Below, piece by piece: positions 37,600-49,336 of a stretch of 64,000 nucleotides of DNA. The notes below the pieces were generated by a model. It worked only from the letters and a program-made list of their open reading frames with translations. It ran no database searches and was not told where the DNA came from. The translations under genes were made by a program, and so were the position numbers. Origin of the DNA: Candidatus Omnitrophota bacterium (GTDB lineage: Bacteria; Omnitrophota; Gorgyraeia; Zapsychrales; Zapsychraceae); NCBI GenBank assembly GCA_029261065.1, contig JAJDCB010000012.1, forward strand, positions 13,430 through 77,429, read 5' to 3'. The number at the start of each line of letters is the position of its first letter. Position 1 is the stretch's first letter.

Positions 37600-37895
37600 A
37601 CTTTAGCTGGTTGTAAATCTTTTTTTGTTTTTGCTACAGTTGAGATAGATTCTTTGTCAAATTCAATACGAACATTCTCATCAACACGAATGACAACAGT
37701 TTTTTCTTTAACAAGAGCTACTGTTCCATGCATCCCACCTGCTGTTACGATATGATCATTCTTTTGAATATTGCTAATCATGCTTTTTTGCTCTTTTTGT
37801 TTATTTTTTTGCGGTCGAATCACAAGAAAATAGAAAATTAAAAAGATTGCGGCATAAGCATAAATAATGGGTATTCCACCTGATTCTCCTGGCAT
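37596..37895 (-). CDS. yajC: preprotein translocase subunit YajC
   Basis: 99 aa. Single N-terminal TM. Immediately upstream of secDF with 4-nt overlap. Confidence 0.8.
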   Translation of the reverse strand: MPGESGGIPIIYAYAAIFLIFYFLVIRPQKNKQKEQKSMISNIQKNDHIVTAGGMHGTVALVKEKTVVIRVDENVRIEFDKESISTVAKTKKDLQPAKV

Positions 37896-37924
37896 GTTAG
37901 ATCCTTATGGGTAAAGTCTATGTT

Positions 37925-38179
37925 TTAAGCTGATTGTTTTTGTGTCTTTTTAACAAGTGCTTTGACAGTGTCGCTCATCTGTGCACCGTTATCAAGCCAT
38001 TTTTTAAGTTTATCATGCTCGATAGATATGATAGCTGGGTCTTTAGCAGCATCATAATACCCTAATAACTCAAGATGACGTCCTTGTCTGGGTGATGCTT
38101 TACTCATAGCAACGATGCGATAGTTATATCTATTCTTTGCTGGTTTACCTGCTTTTTGTAATCTGATACGGACTTCCAT
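37925..38179 (-). CDS. rpsP: 30S ribosomal protein S16
   Basis: MEVRIRLQKAGKPAKNRYNYRIVAM... is canonical bS16. Confidence 0.9.
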   Translation of the reverse strand: MEVRIRLQKAGKPAKNRYNYRIVAMSKASPRQGRHLELLGYYDAAKDPAIISIEHDKLKKWLDNGAQMSDTVKALVKKTQKQSA

Positions 38180-38205
38180 GTGTTCTCCTTTTGTAACAAA
38201 ATATT

Positions 38206-38231
38206 GTCATTCCCGCATTCGCGTGAATGAC
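38206..38231. repeat. REP-like GC-rich palindromic hairpin (GTCATTCCCGCATTCGCGTGAATGAC), member of a small repeat family
   Basis: Inverted repeat GTCATTC...GAATGAC. Related to the hairpins at 42279-42305 and 49337-49364. Confidence 0.4.
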
Positions 38232-38247
38232 ATGACTCGTTTTTGTA

Positions 38248-39807
38248 TTAATTTCTGTGCGCAATCTCAATTGCCTTTAACTGCGCTTTCGCTTTATTAA
38301 CTGTTTCCTGATACTCCGTCTTTGGATTTGAATCCGCAACGATACCAGCTCCTGCTTGAATATAGGCCTTTGATTTTGTCGCGACAATCGTTCTAATCGT
38401 AATGCAAGTATCTAAGTTTCCTGAGAAGCTAAAATAACCGATACAACCTGCATAAGGCCCACGTGTATTATTTTCTAAATCTTCAATGATCTCCATCGCC
38501 CGAATTTTTGGTGCTCCAGATAAGGTGCCTGCGGGAAAGGCTGCTTTTAGAACATCAAAATCATCCATTTTCGGATTTAATCGGCCTTCGACATTACTTA
38601 CGATATGCATGACGTGTGAATATTTTTCTACTTTCATAAATTCAGAAACGCGAACACTTCCCTTTTTGCAGACGCGGCCCAAATCATTCCGACCTAAGTC
38701 TACAAGCATAATATGTTCTGCTCGTTCTTTAGGATCTTTTAGTAAATCTTTTGCTAAGGCCTCATCTTCTTTTTCGTTTTTCCCGCGCGGTCGTGTTCCT
38801 GCAATAGGACGTGTTTCAACAACCCCTCCTTCACAGCGAACAAGAAGTTCTGGCGATGCGCCAATGATTTGAAGTTTCCCTAAATTTAGATAATACATAT
38901 AAGGCGAAGGATTTAATGCTCGCAATGCCCTATAAATATTAAAGGGTTCTGTTTGAAGATTAACTTCAAATCGTTGTGAAAGAACAACTTGAATAATTTC
39001 TCCAGCACGGATTTGTGCTTTGGCTTTTTTGACAATATCCTCAAATTGGCCTTGGGAGAAGTTAGATTTAAACCGTAATTGTAGCGAATTATTTGTGTTT
39101 CGTCCATTTTTATTTTGCTTGACTTTCAAAGGCTTCAAAAGCTCCAAAATTGTCTTCTCAATTGCATTTATGCCCTTTTTATAGGCCTTTTTTTTAGCTG
39201 TTTCTGAAGATTTTGGATCAACATCGATACAATGGACAATTTTGATTTTATGATTCACATGATCAAAAATAACAAGGTGTTTAGAGAGCATAAGCATACA
39301 TTCGGGTAGTTTTAAATCATCTTTTGTCTTTGAAGGTAATTTTTCAAAAAATTTAACCACATCATAACTTAAATAACCGATCATTCCTCCACAAAATCTT
39401 GGCAAGCCTTCAATGTTAACAAACTTGTATTGATTCATTATTTCTCTAATATACGGTAAGGGAGATTCTTTGAGAGGAATTTTTTCATGAGAAGCTTTTT
39501 TATCTTTAAACCGCGTGATCGTGATGGTATTTTTTTTACTTTGAAAAACAACTTCAGGATCTTTGGCAATAAAGGAATATCTTGAAATCTTCTCCTCTCC
39601 TTCAACAGATTCTAAAAGACAAGAAAATTTCGCTTTTTGGGCAAGCTTGTAGTAGACAGAGACCGGCGTGTCTAAATCGCCATTGATTTCTGTATAAATA
39701 GGAACAAGATTTCCTTTTTTACAAAGTTTGATAAATTGTTGTTGATCAGGATAATACATGGTTTTTAAATTTTTCGATAAAAACAACTTCTTTTCATGGT
39801 GTGACAA
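38248..39807 (-). CDS. chorismate-utilising aminase: anthranilate synthase component I / aminodeoxychorismate synthase (TrpE/PabB family)
   Basis: 519 aa. C-terminal chorismate-binding domain ([24 protein letters not shown]). Confidence 0.85.
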   Translation of the reverse strand: MSHHEKKLFLSKNLKTMYYPDQQQFIKLCKKGNLVPIYTEINGDLDTPVSVYYKLAQKAKFSCLLESVEGEEKISRYSFIAKDPEVVFQSKKNTITITRFKDKKASHEKIPLKESPLPYIREIMNQYKFVNIEGLPRFCGGMIGYLSYDVVKFFEKLPSKTKDDLKLPECMLMLSKHLVIFDHVNHKIKIVHCIDVDPKSSETAKKKAYKKGINAIEKTILELLKPLKVKQNKNGRNTNNSLQLRFKSNFSQGQFEDIVKKAKAQIRAGEIIQVVLSQRFEVNLQTEPFNIYRALRALNPSPYMYYLNLGKLQIIGASPELLVRCEGGVVETRPIAGTRPRGKNEKEDEALAKDLLKDPKERAEHIMLVDLGRNDLGRVCKKGSVRVSEFMKVEKYSHVMHIVSNVEGRLNPKMDDFDVLKAAFPAGTLSGAPKIRAMEIIEDLENNTRGPYAGCIGYFSFSGNLDTCITIRTIVATKSKAYIQAGAGIVADSNPKTEYQETVNKAKAQLKAIEIAHRN

Positions 39808-40118
39808 GCAGATCCTACTTGTCTTACCTTAATTAGTAAAGTGTCACAATCACAATCGTAATAAATGCCTTTGACAAATTGAAAATGACCTGAGGTCATT
39901 CCTTTAACCCAATATTCTTGACGAGAACGAGACCAAAAACACGTTTTACCACATTTAATAGTTTCTTTTAAAGAATCGGCATTCATATAAGCCATCATCA
40001 AAACATCTTTCGTTTTATAGTCTTGAACGATGGCAGGAATTAAACCATCCTTATTGTATGTTAATTTTTTTATGGTGCGGGGAGTAATTTTGATTTTTTC
40101 AATAGCTTGTTTTTTCAC
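39765..40118 (-). CDS. hisI: phosphoribosyl-AMP cyclohydrolase
   Basis: GLIPAIVQD...MMAYMN...WSRSR...KG.TSG motifs. Confidence 0.85.
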   Translation of the reverse strand: MKKQAIEKIKITPRTIKKLTYNKDGLIPAIVQDYKTKDVLMMAYMNADSLKETIKCGKTCFWSRSRQEYWVKGMTSGHFQFVKGIYYDCDCDTLLIKVRQVGSACHTMKRSCFYRKI

Positions 40119-40871
40119 CTAACGTACCTCTATTTTATTTTGTTTAAGAAATTGTTTAACATCACCTATCGTATATTCGCCATAATGAAAAATAGAAGCG
40201 GCGAGTGCTGCTGAAGCGTCTGTTTTTTCAAAGACATCTTTAAAATGATTTAAGTCTCCAGCACCTCCGGAGGCAATCACAGGAATGTTTACAGCGTGAC
40301 TAATTGCTTTTGTTAGATGAATATCAAATCCATCTTTGGTTCCATCGGCATCCATGCTGGTCAGTAAGATTTCCCCAGCTCCAAGAGACTCAACCTTTTT
40401 CGCCCAACTAACCGCTTCTAATCCTGTGGGGGTTCGACCACCATGGGTGAATACCTCCCAAGCTTCATTGATTTTTTTGGCATCAATGGCCACAACAATA
40501 CATTGACTTCCAAATTTTTCTGAAGCTTCTTTTATCAGATTTGGGTTTGTTACAGCTGATGTGTTGATCGATACTTTATCAGCGCCAGCATTTAAAAGTT
40601 CGCGAATATCATCACAACTATTAATCCCTCCGCCTACCGTTAGAGGCATAAATACTTTTTCAGCTGTCTTTTTGACAACATCAAGGATAATGGATCGTTT
40701 TTCATGGCTAGCTGTGATATCAAGAAATACAATTTCATCAGCCATTTGTTTATCGTAAATGGCAGCAACTTCAACTGGGTCGCCGGCATCACGTAGATTG
40801 ACAAAATTGGTCCCCTTTACTACGCGGCCGTCTTTGACATCTAAACAAGGGATAATGCGTTTGGTTAACAT
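40119..40871 (-). CDS. hisF: imidazole glycerol phosphate synthase cyclase subunit
   Basis: [18 protein letters not shown]-terminus. 250 aa. Confidence 0.95.
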   Translation of the reverse strand: MLTKRIIPCLDVKDGRVVKGTNFVNLRDAGDPVEVAAIYDKQMADEIVFLDITASHEKRSIILDVVKKTAEKVFMPLTVGGGINSCDDIRELLNAGADKVSINTSAVTNPNLIKEASEKFGSQCIVVAIDAKKINEAWEVFTHGGRTPTGLEAVSWAKKVESLGAGEILLTSMDADGTKDGFDIHLTKAISHAVNIPVIASGGAGDLNHFKDVFEKTDASAALAASIFHYGEYTIGDVKQFLKQNKIEVR

Positions 40872-41594
40872 CTAGTCTTTTAACTCCAAAGCATCTTTGA
40901 TATTAAGTTTTCCTTCATAGATAGCTTTTCCAGTAATCGCTCCAATGACACCTTTTGATTGGAGCGTTGAGAGTTTTTTTAAATCGTCCAAATTAGCAAC
41001 CCCACCTGAGGCAATGACGGGGATGGTTGTGCTATTAAGAATTTCTTCTAAGCCTTCAAAATTTGGACCATTAAGCATCCCATCACGAGCAATGTCTGTA
41101 TAAATAATGCATTGAACACCTAAGGTTTCTAATTCTTTAACAAACTCTGTTGCCTTTAAATCACTCGTAGATTGCCAGCCGCGTTGAGCGACCATACCGT
41201 TTGAACAATCGATACTAACAGCAATTTTATCCCCCCATTTAGCCAATGCTTCTTTTAAAAATTCGCGATTTTGAATGGCTCGTGTTCCTAAGATGACACG
41301 AGAAATACCGCCATCGATGAGTTGTTTAATATCATCAATTGTTCGAATGCCACCTCCCATCTCAATAGGAATGGAGACGGTTTGTGCGATTTTTAAAATG
41401 ATGGGTAGATTAAGAATTTTTCCATCTTTGGCGCCATCAAGGTCAACGACGTGAAGCCACTGGGCCCCTTCATCTTGCCATTTTTGAGCCATGGCCACAG
41501 GATCATGATCATATTCGGTGACTTTATCGAATTGACCTTGGAGTAATCTAACAACTTTGCCGTCTTTAATATCTATAGCTGGAAAAATAATCAC
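40872..41594 (-). CDS. hisA: ProFAR isomerase
   Basis: MIIFPAIDIKDGKVVRL N-terminus. 240 aa TIM barrel. Confidence 0.9.
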   Translation of the reverse strand: MIIFPAIDIKDGKVVRLLQGQFDKVTEYDHDPVAMAQKWQDEGAQWLHVVDLDGAKDGKILNLPIILKIAQTVSIPIEMGGGIRTIDDIKQLIDGGISRVILGTRAIQNREFLKEALAKWGDKIAVSIDCSNGMVAQRGWQSTSDLKATEFVKELETLGVQCIIYTDIARDGMLNGPNFEGLEEILNSTTIPVIASGGVANLDDLKKLSTLQSKGVIGAITGKAIYEGKLNIKDALELKD

Positions 41595-41596
41595 GT

Positions 41597-42199
41597 TTAA
41601 ATCTCCACAAAATTTGTTAATAATGTTAAGCCAATGTTTTGACTTTTTTCAGGGTGAAATTGAACGCCAAAGACGTTATCTTTCCAAACAGCTGAGGTGT
41701 ATGCTTCACCATAATCTGTCGTTGTTAAGATGCAACTTTTGTCTTCGGGTGTTGCAAAATAAGAATGACAAAAATAAACATTGGAATTATCTTCAATATT
41801 TTTAAGTAACGGGCAGCTCTGTTGTTGAAACTGTAATTGGTTCCAGCCCATCTGGGGGACTTTTAAGTTGTTTTCAAATCGGGTGACTTCCCCTGGAAGT
41901 ATTCCTAATCCTTTTGAGCCTCCCCCTTCAGTGCTTTTTTCAAACAGCAATTGAAAGCCAACGCAGATGCCTAAAAAGGGTTTGCCATCCGTGATCATTT
42001 TTTTGATCGGATCAATAAGGGATAAGGCTTCAAGTTTTTCTATAGCTTGTTGCATAGCACCGACACCAGGCAAAACGATTTTTTCAGCTGAAAGAATGTC
42101 TTTTGGGTTTTGTGTAATGCGAGCTTTGGTGCCGATGAATTCAAATGCTTTTTGAACGCTGCGCAGATTTCCGGATTCGTAGTCAATGATTGTGATCAT
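41597..42199 (-). CDS. hisH: imidazole glycerol phosphate synthase glutamine amidotransferase subunit
   Basis: Class I GATase, GICVGFQ catalytic Cys region. 200 aa. Confidence 0.9.
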   Translation of the reverse strand: MITIIDYESGNLRSVQKAFEFIGTKARITQNPKDILSAEKIVLPGVGAMQQAIEKLEALSLIDPIKKMITDGKPFLGICVGFQLLFEKSTEGGGSKGLGILPGEVTRFENNLKVPQMGWNQLQFQQQSCPLLKNIEDNSNVYFCHSYFATPEDKSCILTTTDYGEAYTSAVWKDNVFGVQFHPEKSQNIGLTLLTNFVEI

Positions 42200-42220
42200 A
42201 ATATTAGTTGTATCTTACGG

Positions 42221-42305
42221 ATTCCCGATGTCTCGGGAATGATAGGTGTAGTTGAGAAAACTGTTATTTGAGAGCTCTGTCATCCCCGCGAAAGCGGGGA
42301 TCAAG
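42221..42305. repeat. two GC-rich hairpins in the hisH-hisB spacer: ATTCCCGA-TGTC-TCGGGAAT (42221-42240) and REP-like GTCATCCCCGCGAAAGCGGGGATCAAG (42279-42305)
   Basis: Perfect inverted repeats read directly. The second is near-identical (as reverse complement) to 49337-49364. Confidence 0.45.
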
Positions 42306-42319
42306 TTCAGGCTGACAAG

Positions 42320-42931
42320 TTAATCAATAATTCCTTTCGTGCTTGGCACATCACCTTCGCGTCTGGGATCAATCTGTGTCGCTTGATCCAAAGCCTGACC
42401 AAAGGATTTAAAAACAGTTTCAAGGTCCGTGTGCAAATCTTCATTAACACCACGCAGGTTTACCGTAATGGTCGCACCTAATCCGTGGGCGAAAGATTCC
42501 ATGAAATGTTCTAGATAAGAAAATGAATAGCCTTCTTGATCTTTAATAATGGAGGCGTCACCATCAACATTTAATGTGAAATAACCTCGGCCACTAATAT
42601 CAACAACAGTGTGGCCTAAGGTGGACTCCATGGGAGAGAATCCTGACCCAAAACGTTTAATGCCTTGTTTTTCATCTAAGGCTTTTTTAAAGAGTTTGCC
42701 TAACACGATTCCCACATCTTCATTGGTGTGATGAATATCAATCTCAAGATCGGCTTTTTGAACATCTAAATTTAGATCAAAAAAACCGTGAAAGGCAAAT
42801 AATTCGATCATGTGATCAAGAAGTCCAATTTGTGTTTTTATTTTTGTCTCGCCTTTGCCATCAATATTGACGGTGGCCTTGATTTCTGTTTCTTTACTTT
42901 TTCGTTCTATTTCAGCGTTACGATTTGACAT
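42320..42931 (-). CDS. hisB: imidazoleglycerol-phosphate dehydratase
   Basis: 203 aa. Histidine-rich metal-binding motifs (IDIHHTNED, HGL). No phosphatase domain. Confidence 0.9.
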   Translation of the reverse strand: MSNRNAEIERKSKETEIKATVNIDGKGETKIKTQIGLLDHMIELFAFHGFFDLNLDVQKADLEIDIHHTNEDVGIVLGKLFKKALDEKQGIKRFGSGFSPMESTLGHTVVDISGRGYFTLNVDGDASIIKDQEGYSFSYLEHFMESFAHGLGATITVNLRGVNEDLHTDLETVFKSFGQALDQATQIDPRREGDVPSTKGIID

Positions 42932-42953
42932 GTTTTATCCTTTTGCTTTTGTT

Positions 42954-44189
42954 TCAATACGTTTTAGGTAAGAATCGCGCGTTGACAGATTCATAATGCT
43001 TTGGGAGTTGTTCGAGTTTGGCTACCTTTTCAATGGGCCCGCGCATTTTTTCTAAGGCTTTTTTGGAGTAAGAAATAATGTGCGTCTTTTTCATAAAGTC
43101 GGTAGTGCAGAGGCCTGAAAAGAATTTCGCCGTTCCCAATGTTGGTAGAACGTGACTGGGGCCGGCTGCATAGTCGCCTAAGGCCGTAGGGCTGTAAGGA
43201 CCGAGGAATATTGCACCAGCGTGTTTGATTTTTTTTGCGACACTTGCAGGGTTATTGGTCAAAATTTGTAAATGTTCAGGGGCAATTTTATTGACGATGT
43301 CGGTTGCTTCATCAATATTTTTAGCATAGATGATGTAACCACTGCTTGATTTTGGTTTGACTTGCCGAATGATTTGTTTTGATGTCGTCACAAGAATAGA
43401 CAAACCTCCTACATGTTCTGCTTGAGCTTCTAAATCGGCAATGATGTAATTCGGATTACTGTGGCGGTTGGCGATGATGACGAGTTCTGTGGGACCCGCT
43501 AACATATCGATATCAACATAACCAAATAATTGACGTTTGGCCTCTGTCACAAACATGTTGCCTGGACCAACGATTTTATCTACCTTCGGAACGGTCTTTG
43601 TTCCAAAAGCAAAACCCGCTATAGCTTGGGCGCCACCCATTTTATAAATTTCATTCACCTTAAGGAGATTTGCCACGGCTAAAATGTAGGGATTCACATG
43701 TCCATCTTTATCAGGTGGTGTTGCAATAACAATACGTTTAACACCAGCCATTTTTGCAGGAACGACGGTCATGTAAACGGTTGAAATCAACGGAGCTGTA
43801 CCCGCAGGAATGTAGATACCGACGGTATCTAATGGATTAATACTTTCTTTGAGTAAAATACCTTCGCCATCACGGACACTACAAGGTTTAGGGATTTGTT
43901 TTTTATAAAAGAGTGTGACGTTTCGAATGATGCTTTTTAAATCGGTAACAAAATCACTCGTAATATTTTGATAAGCGCCACTAATCTCAGATTCGGCGAC
44001 ACGTAATTGTTTCGTCGTTAGTTTGGCATGATCAAAGCGTTTGGTAAATTTGACAATAGCCTCATCACCTTCAAGCCGAACATCTTCAATGATTCGTTTG
44101 ACCTTCTCTTCAATATGTTTTTTACGAGAATGGAGATTTCTATTGTAAAGATTTTGTATGCCCTGACCGTCTTGTTTTAAAATTTTCAT
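42954..44189 (-). CDS. hisD: histidinol dehydrogenase
   Basis: 411 aa. Heads hisDBHAFI. Confidence 0.9.
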   Translation of the reverse strand: MKILKQDGQGIQNLYNRNLHSRKKHIEEKVKRIIEDVRLEGDEAIVKFTKRFDHAKLTTKQLRVAESEISGAYQNITSDFVTDLKSIIRNVTLFYKKQIPKPCSVRDGEGILLKESINPLDTVGIYIPAGTAPLISTVYMTVVPAKMAGVKRIVIATPPDKDGHVNPYILAVANLLKVNEIYKMGGAQAIAGFAFGTKTVPKVDKIVGPGNMFVTEAKRQLFGYVDIDMLAGPTELVIIANRHSNPNYIIADLEAQAEHVGGLSILVTTSKQIIRQVKPKSSSGYIIYAKNIDEATDIVNKIAPEHLQILTNNPASVAKKIKHAGAIFLGPYSPTALGDYAAGPSHVLPTLGTAKFFSGLCTTDFMKKTHIISYSKKALEKMRGPIEKVAKLEQLPKHYESVNARFLPKTY

Positions 44190-46846
44190 GTGTTTAGTTT
44201 CTCTTTGATTATAGAGGTTACTGTTCCAATAGCCGCATCGATTTTCTTAACATCTTCTGTTCCTGCTTGAGCGAGTTGCGCTCGTCCTCCGCCTTTGCCG
44301 TTAATAGTGATGATAATCTCAGCAATTATTTCGTTGGCCTTAATACCTTTTTTAACGACATCATCTGTGACCGCCGTTAAAACACAGCCATTATCTTTGT
44401 TAATGCCACCTAGCGTGATAACCGCCGATGGACATTTTTGTTTAATGAGATCAGCTAATGGACGTAATGTATCAATTTGTGCATCTGTAAATACATGAGT
44501 GATAATCTTAAAACCATCTAGTTCTTCAGATTTTGTTAATAGCGAATCAATCTGATTTTTTAGTGTATTGATGCGGTATTGCTGGAGTTCTTTTTGAAGA
44601 GATTTCATTTTGCTCATCATCTCTTTGGTTCGTTGTAAAATTTCGTTTGTTGGAACTTTTATAACTTTAGAAACTTCTCGTAATTCGTCTTCTTGCTTTT
44701 TTATATATTTAAGGGCCTCGGCTCCTGTTTTGGCTTCAATACGTCTAATGCCTTGAGCAACAGCACTTTCTTGAATGATTTTAAATACCCCAATTTGTCC
44801 TGTCCAATCAAGATGAGTTCCTCCACAAAATTCTTTTGAGTAATCGCCCATAGAAACAACGCGAACGGTATTACCATATTTTTCTGCAAAGAAAGCCAAG
44901 GCTTCACTTTTTTGAGCTTCTTTAAGGGACATTTCTTCTTTTGATACAGCATCGCATTGCCGAATATACTGATTAACTTGCTCTTCAATGGCATAAATCT
45001 GATCATCCTTAATGGCTGAATGATGTGAAAAATCAAAACGTAAGCGATCTTCAGCGACGAGCGAACCTTGCTGTTTAATATGATCACCCAAAACATTACG
45101 AAGGGCCGCTTGAAGCAAATGTGTGGCCGTATGGTTATACATAATGGCAAGTCTTCTCTCTTGTTCAATTGTTGCTGTCACAGGATCATTTACTTTCAAC
45201 GTTCCTTTTTGAAGATGACCAAAGTGGTAGAAGACATCATTTTGTTTAATCGTTTCCTTAACAATAAATGTCGCATTATCAGTTGTGATGGTCCCTGAAT
45301 CTCCTATTTGTCCCCCAGACTCTGCATAAAAGCATGTTTGATCTAAGACGATTTGAACCTCATCTTTCTCATGCGCCTCATTAATGGGTTTATTCTCAGA
45401 GATGATCATTGTAATAATCGATTTATTTTCATTCTTTTCATATCCAAGAAATTTTGTTTTATCTAACTTTTTGACTCTGATGTCCGTGGATATATCAGAA
45501 AAGACATCTCCGGTCATTTTACTGCTAGCCCGAGATTGGTCTTGTTGTTCTTTCATTAATGTCTGATAGGTTTCACGCGCCTGATCAACGGTGGCGGCGT
45601 CGATATCAAAAGAACTGATCGTGGTATCAATAGCGGCTAATGTTAGGCCGTAGGTATCTTTAAAAGTGAATCGTATTTGACCAAGTTTTAAGCCTTGTTT
45701 ATTTTTGTCTTCATTTAGAATTTTTTGAATGTCACTTTTAAGTTGCGGCACGCGTTCTTTCTTTACCTTTATATAAGCTTCTTCGGCGCGTTTGATGGTG
45801 AGCGTAATATCCTGCTCTTTTTTTATAAGCTCAGGATAAGGATCTTTCATCGCATCAATCACACTTGAAACGAGTTGATGACTTAATGGCTCTTTGGCAC
45901 CAGCTTCAAGAATAATGTCTGTGGTATCGATAATTAATTTGCGCATGATATACCCTCTTTTTTCATTGGAGGGATTAACACCATCGGCAATGCCAAAAAC
46001 AATGGCGCGCATATGATCGGCTATGATGCGTTTTTCTTTGATCTCTAAAGGGAATTGATGAGAAGTTTTGTCCTCTATAGCCTGCATGATAGGTGCAAAG
46101 GCATCGATGTCAAAATTGTTTTTCTTGCCCTGTAGGACAGAAACAAGACGCTCTAATCCCATGCCAGTATCGATGTTTTTACTCGGAAGGGGTTCCAGAA
46201 CCCCGCCCTCTAAACGATTAAATTGTGTAAAAACGAGATTCCAAATTTCAGAGAAACGGCCACAGTCGCAACTAGGATCACAGACTTTGCTTGGACAATT
46301 TGGATTTTTGCCATAATCAAAAAAGATTTCTGAACAAGGGCCACAAGGTCCATTGGGTCCGTTCTTTTTGGCATCGGCAGGCCAGAAATTGCTTTTATCA
46401 CCTAAGGCGACGAGTTTGTCTTCAGGGATTTGGACATCATTGAGCCAGATGTCCTTGGCTTCCGTATCATCTTTATAGACAGAAACCCAAAGTTTGGCTT
46501 TATCAATGGCAACGACTTCTGTTAAAAATTCCCATCCCCAGGTAATGGCTTCCTTTTTGAAATAATCTCCAAAGGAAAAATTTCCTAACATTTCAAAGAA
46601 GGTGTGATGAAAATCTGTTTGACCGACTTCATCTAAATCATCAGTGCGTAAACATTTTTGTGATGTTGTAGCTTTTGTATAATCTTCGATATGTCCTAAA
46701 AATTGTTTTTTAAATTGTTGCATGCCCGCTGTTGTAAAGAGGACAGTGGGATCATCTTTTGGCACCAAAGAATCGCTTTGAACAATGCTGTGTCCTTTGG
46801 AGGCAAAAAAATCTAGGAATTTTTTTCGTATGTCGTTGGTTGTCAT
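44186..46846 (-). CDS. alaS: alanine--tRNA ligase
   Basis: 886 aa. Class II core. Editing domain HxxxH/CxxxH (HTATHLL). C-terminal DHHA1-like region. Confidence 0.95.
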   Translation of the reverse strand: MTTNDIRKKFLDFFASKGHSIVQSDSLVPKDDPTVLFTTAGMQQFKKQFLGHIEDYTKATTSQKCLRTDDLDEVGQTDFHHTFFEMLGNFSFGDYFKKEAITWGWEFLTEVVAIDKAKLWVSVYKDDTEAKDIWLNDVQIPEDKLVALGDKSNFWPADAKKNGPNGPCGPCSEIFFDYGKNPNCPSKVCDPSCDCGRFSEIWNLVFTQFNRLEGGVLEPLPSKNIDTGMGLERLVSVLQGKKNNFDIDAFAPIMQAIEDKTSHQFPLEIKEKRIIADHMRAIVFGIADGVNPSNEKRGYIMRKLIIDTTDIILEAGAKEPLSHQLVSSVIDAMKDPYPELIKKEQDITLTIKRAEEAYIKVKKERVPQLKSDIQKILNEDKNKQGLKLGQIRFTFKDTYGLTLAAIDTTISSFDIDAATVDQARETYQTLMKEQQDQSRASSKMTGDVFSDISTDIRVKKLDKTKFLGYEKNENKSIITMIISENKPINEAHEKDEVQIVLDQTCFYAESGGQIGDSGTITTDNATFIVKETIKQNDVFYHFGHLQKGTLKVNDPVTATIEQERRLAIMYNHTATHLLQAALRNVLGDHIKQQGSLVAEDRLRFDFSHHSAIKDDQIYAIEEQVNQYIRQCDAVSKEEMSLKEAQKSEALAFFAEKYGNTVRVVSMGDYSKEFCGGTHLDWTGQIGVFKIIQESAVAQGIRRIEAKTGAEALKYIKKQEDELREVSKVIKVPTNEILQRTKEMMSKMKSLQKELQQYRINTLKNQIDSLLTKSEELDGFKIITHVFTDAQIDTLRPLADLIKQKCPSAVITLGGINKDNGCVLTAVTDDVVKKGIKANEIIAEIIITINGKGGGRAQLAQAGTEDVKKIDAAIGTVTSIIKEKLNT

Positions 46847-47301
46847 ATCTCTTTTAATGCTTTCATAATAGTTGAGGAGTTGTATCCTCGTCGTGCTAAA
46901 AAACCAAAAAGGCGTTGTTTCTGTTTTTCTGGTTCGACATTTTTATATTTAAGGATTCTTCTTTGGGCTAGTTCTACAACAGTGTTAATTTCAGAATAGT
47001 CCAAAGTTAGTTTTTGAAATTCTTCATCAATGATGTTTTTAGGAATTCCTTTGTTCTTTAATTCAAATTGGATGCGATTGAATCCGAAAGGTTTTTTTAG
47101 GCGTGAGGTAATCCACTGCCGGCAAAAAAGGCGGTCGTTTATACAATCCAAATCTTTGAAGTATGTAATAGTCTCATTGATGGTACTCTCTGAGATGTTT
47201 TTCGTTATTAATTTGTCTCGTAATTCTTGTTCGCTACGCAGGCGATATTTCAATAAACGACATACATCCATTTTAGCTTTTTTTAACTCATCATGACTCA
47301 T
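46843..47301 (-). CDS. recX: RecA regulator RecX
   Basis: 152 aa helical-repeat protein immediately downstream of recA. Confidence 0.8.
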   Translation of the reverse strand: MSHDELKKAKMDVCRLLKYRLRSEQELRDKLITKNISESTINETITYFKDLDCINDRLFCRQWITSRLKKPFGFNRIQFELKNKGIPKNIIDEEFQKLTLDYSEINTVVELAQRRILKYKNVEPEKQKQRLFGFLARRGYNSSTIMKALKEI

Positions 47302-47309
47302 AAAGAAGT

Positions 47310-47339
47310 ATCATCTCCGCCGATAAGTGCGGAGATGAT
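47310..47339 (-). promoter_or_regulatory. recA-recX intergenic hairpin (11-bp perfect stem ATCATCTCCGC/GCGGAGATGAT, 8-nt loop) whose 3' arm contains the recX GGAG Shine-Dalgarno
   Basis: Read directly. Located 9 nt upstream of the recX ATG and 7 nt downstream of the recA stop. Confidence 0.5.
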
Positions 47340-47345
47340 AGAATG

Positions 47346-48380
<1,035 letters not shown>

Positions 48381-48571
48381 TGTAACTCCTTAGTTTTACA
48401 CATTAACATTATTCTGAAGGGGAAATGGTAGTACGATGTGGAATTATACATGAGGGATTCTTGCTTGTCAATGAAAACTGAGTTTCGAATCATTGTTAAA
48501 TTACTGATACGTATAAAGTTACAGCCACGATACATGCTTGAGGTTGCTGGGATTGGATGTTAAACGTAACT

Positions 48572-49321
48572 CTATTTTTTGTCATTATTTAAAAAAAATT
48601 GAGTTGCACACGAAATGGAACAGATAGCTGCTGTTTCAACCTTAAGTACTGTTTTTCCTAATGAAATGGGGATGCAGCCTGCTTCGTGTGCTATTTTGTA
48701 TTCTTGAGGAGTGAAATCTCCTTCTGGACCAATCATAAAAGAATAAGATGTTTTTTTATCGGCTTGTTTAAAGGCTTCGAAAATAGGTTGTGTTTTTCCT
48801 AGTAGGCTTGGCATAAAAGTTAGGGAACTCTTCATTAGCAGAGTTAAAGCCCTTTTAAATTGACAGGGATCATGAATAATAGGAAGTGTGCTTCGCTTTG
48901 ATTGTTTGGCGGCATTAATGGCAATTATCTTATACCGTTTTGTTTTTTTGATAAGGCGTTCGCCTGTGAGAAGAATCTCTGTTCTTTTGGTTAAAAGTGG
49001 TAGAATTTCATCCACCCCCAATTCTGTTGCTTTTTCGATGATGAGTTCAAACTTGCTGCGTTTGGGTAACGCGCAGGCGAGAATTATTTTGGGGTGTGTT
49101 GCTTTATGGGTTTGAACTGATTTAATGTTGATGAGAGTTTGGTTTGATTGTATGTCAAGGATTCTAGCTTCAGCTTCCTCTCCCTTGCCATTGAATAATG
49201 TGATGATGTCGTTATTTTTAAGTCGGAGAACATGGGTTAGATGGTGCAGTTCTTCTTTGTTCGTCAGGGTGACGGTTGTGTTGGGGGTGAAGGTTTTGGT
49301 TTGTAGGTGGAATCTGTGCAT
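48572..49321 (-). CDS. rsmE: 16S rRNA (uracil1498-N3)-methyltransferase RsmE family
   Basis: 249 aa. N-terminal PUA-like region. C-terminal SPOUT domain (GPEGDFTPQE). Confidence 0.8.
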   Translation of the reverse strand: MHRFHLQTKTFTPNTTVTLTNKEELHHLTHVLRLKNNDIITLFNGKGEEAEARILDIQSNQTLINIKSVQTHKATHPKIILACALPKRSKFELIIEKATELGVDEILPLLTKRTEILLTGERLIKKTKRYKIIAINAAKQSKRSTLPIIHDPCQFKRALTLLMKSSLTFMPSLLGKTQPIFEAFKQADKKTSYSFMIGPEGDFTPQEYKIAHEAGCIPISLGKTVLKVETAAICSISCATQFFLNNDKK

Positions 49322-49336
49322 TATTATTTTTATTAT

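Noticed and set aside
44701-45168. 155-aa same-strand ORF inside alaS
   Set aside because: Alternative frame within a well-supported 886-aa alaS gene.
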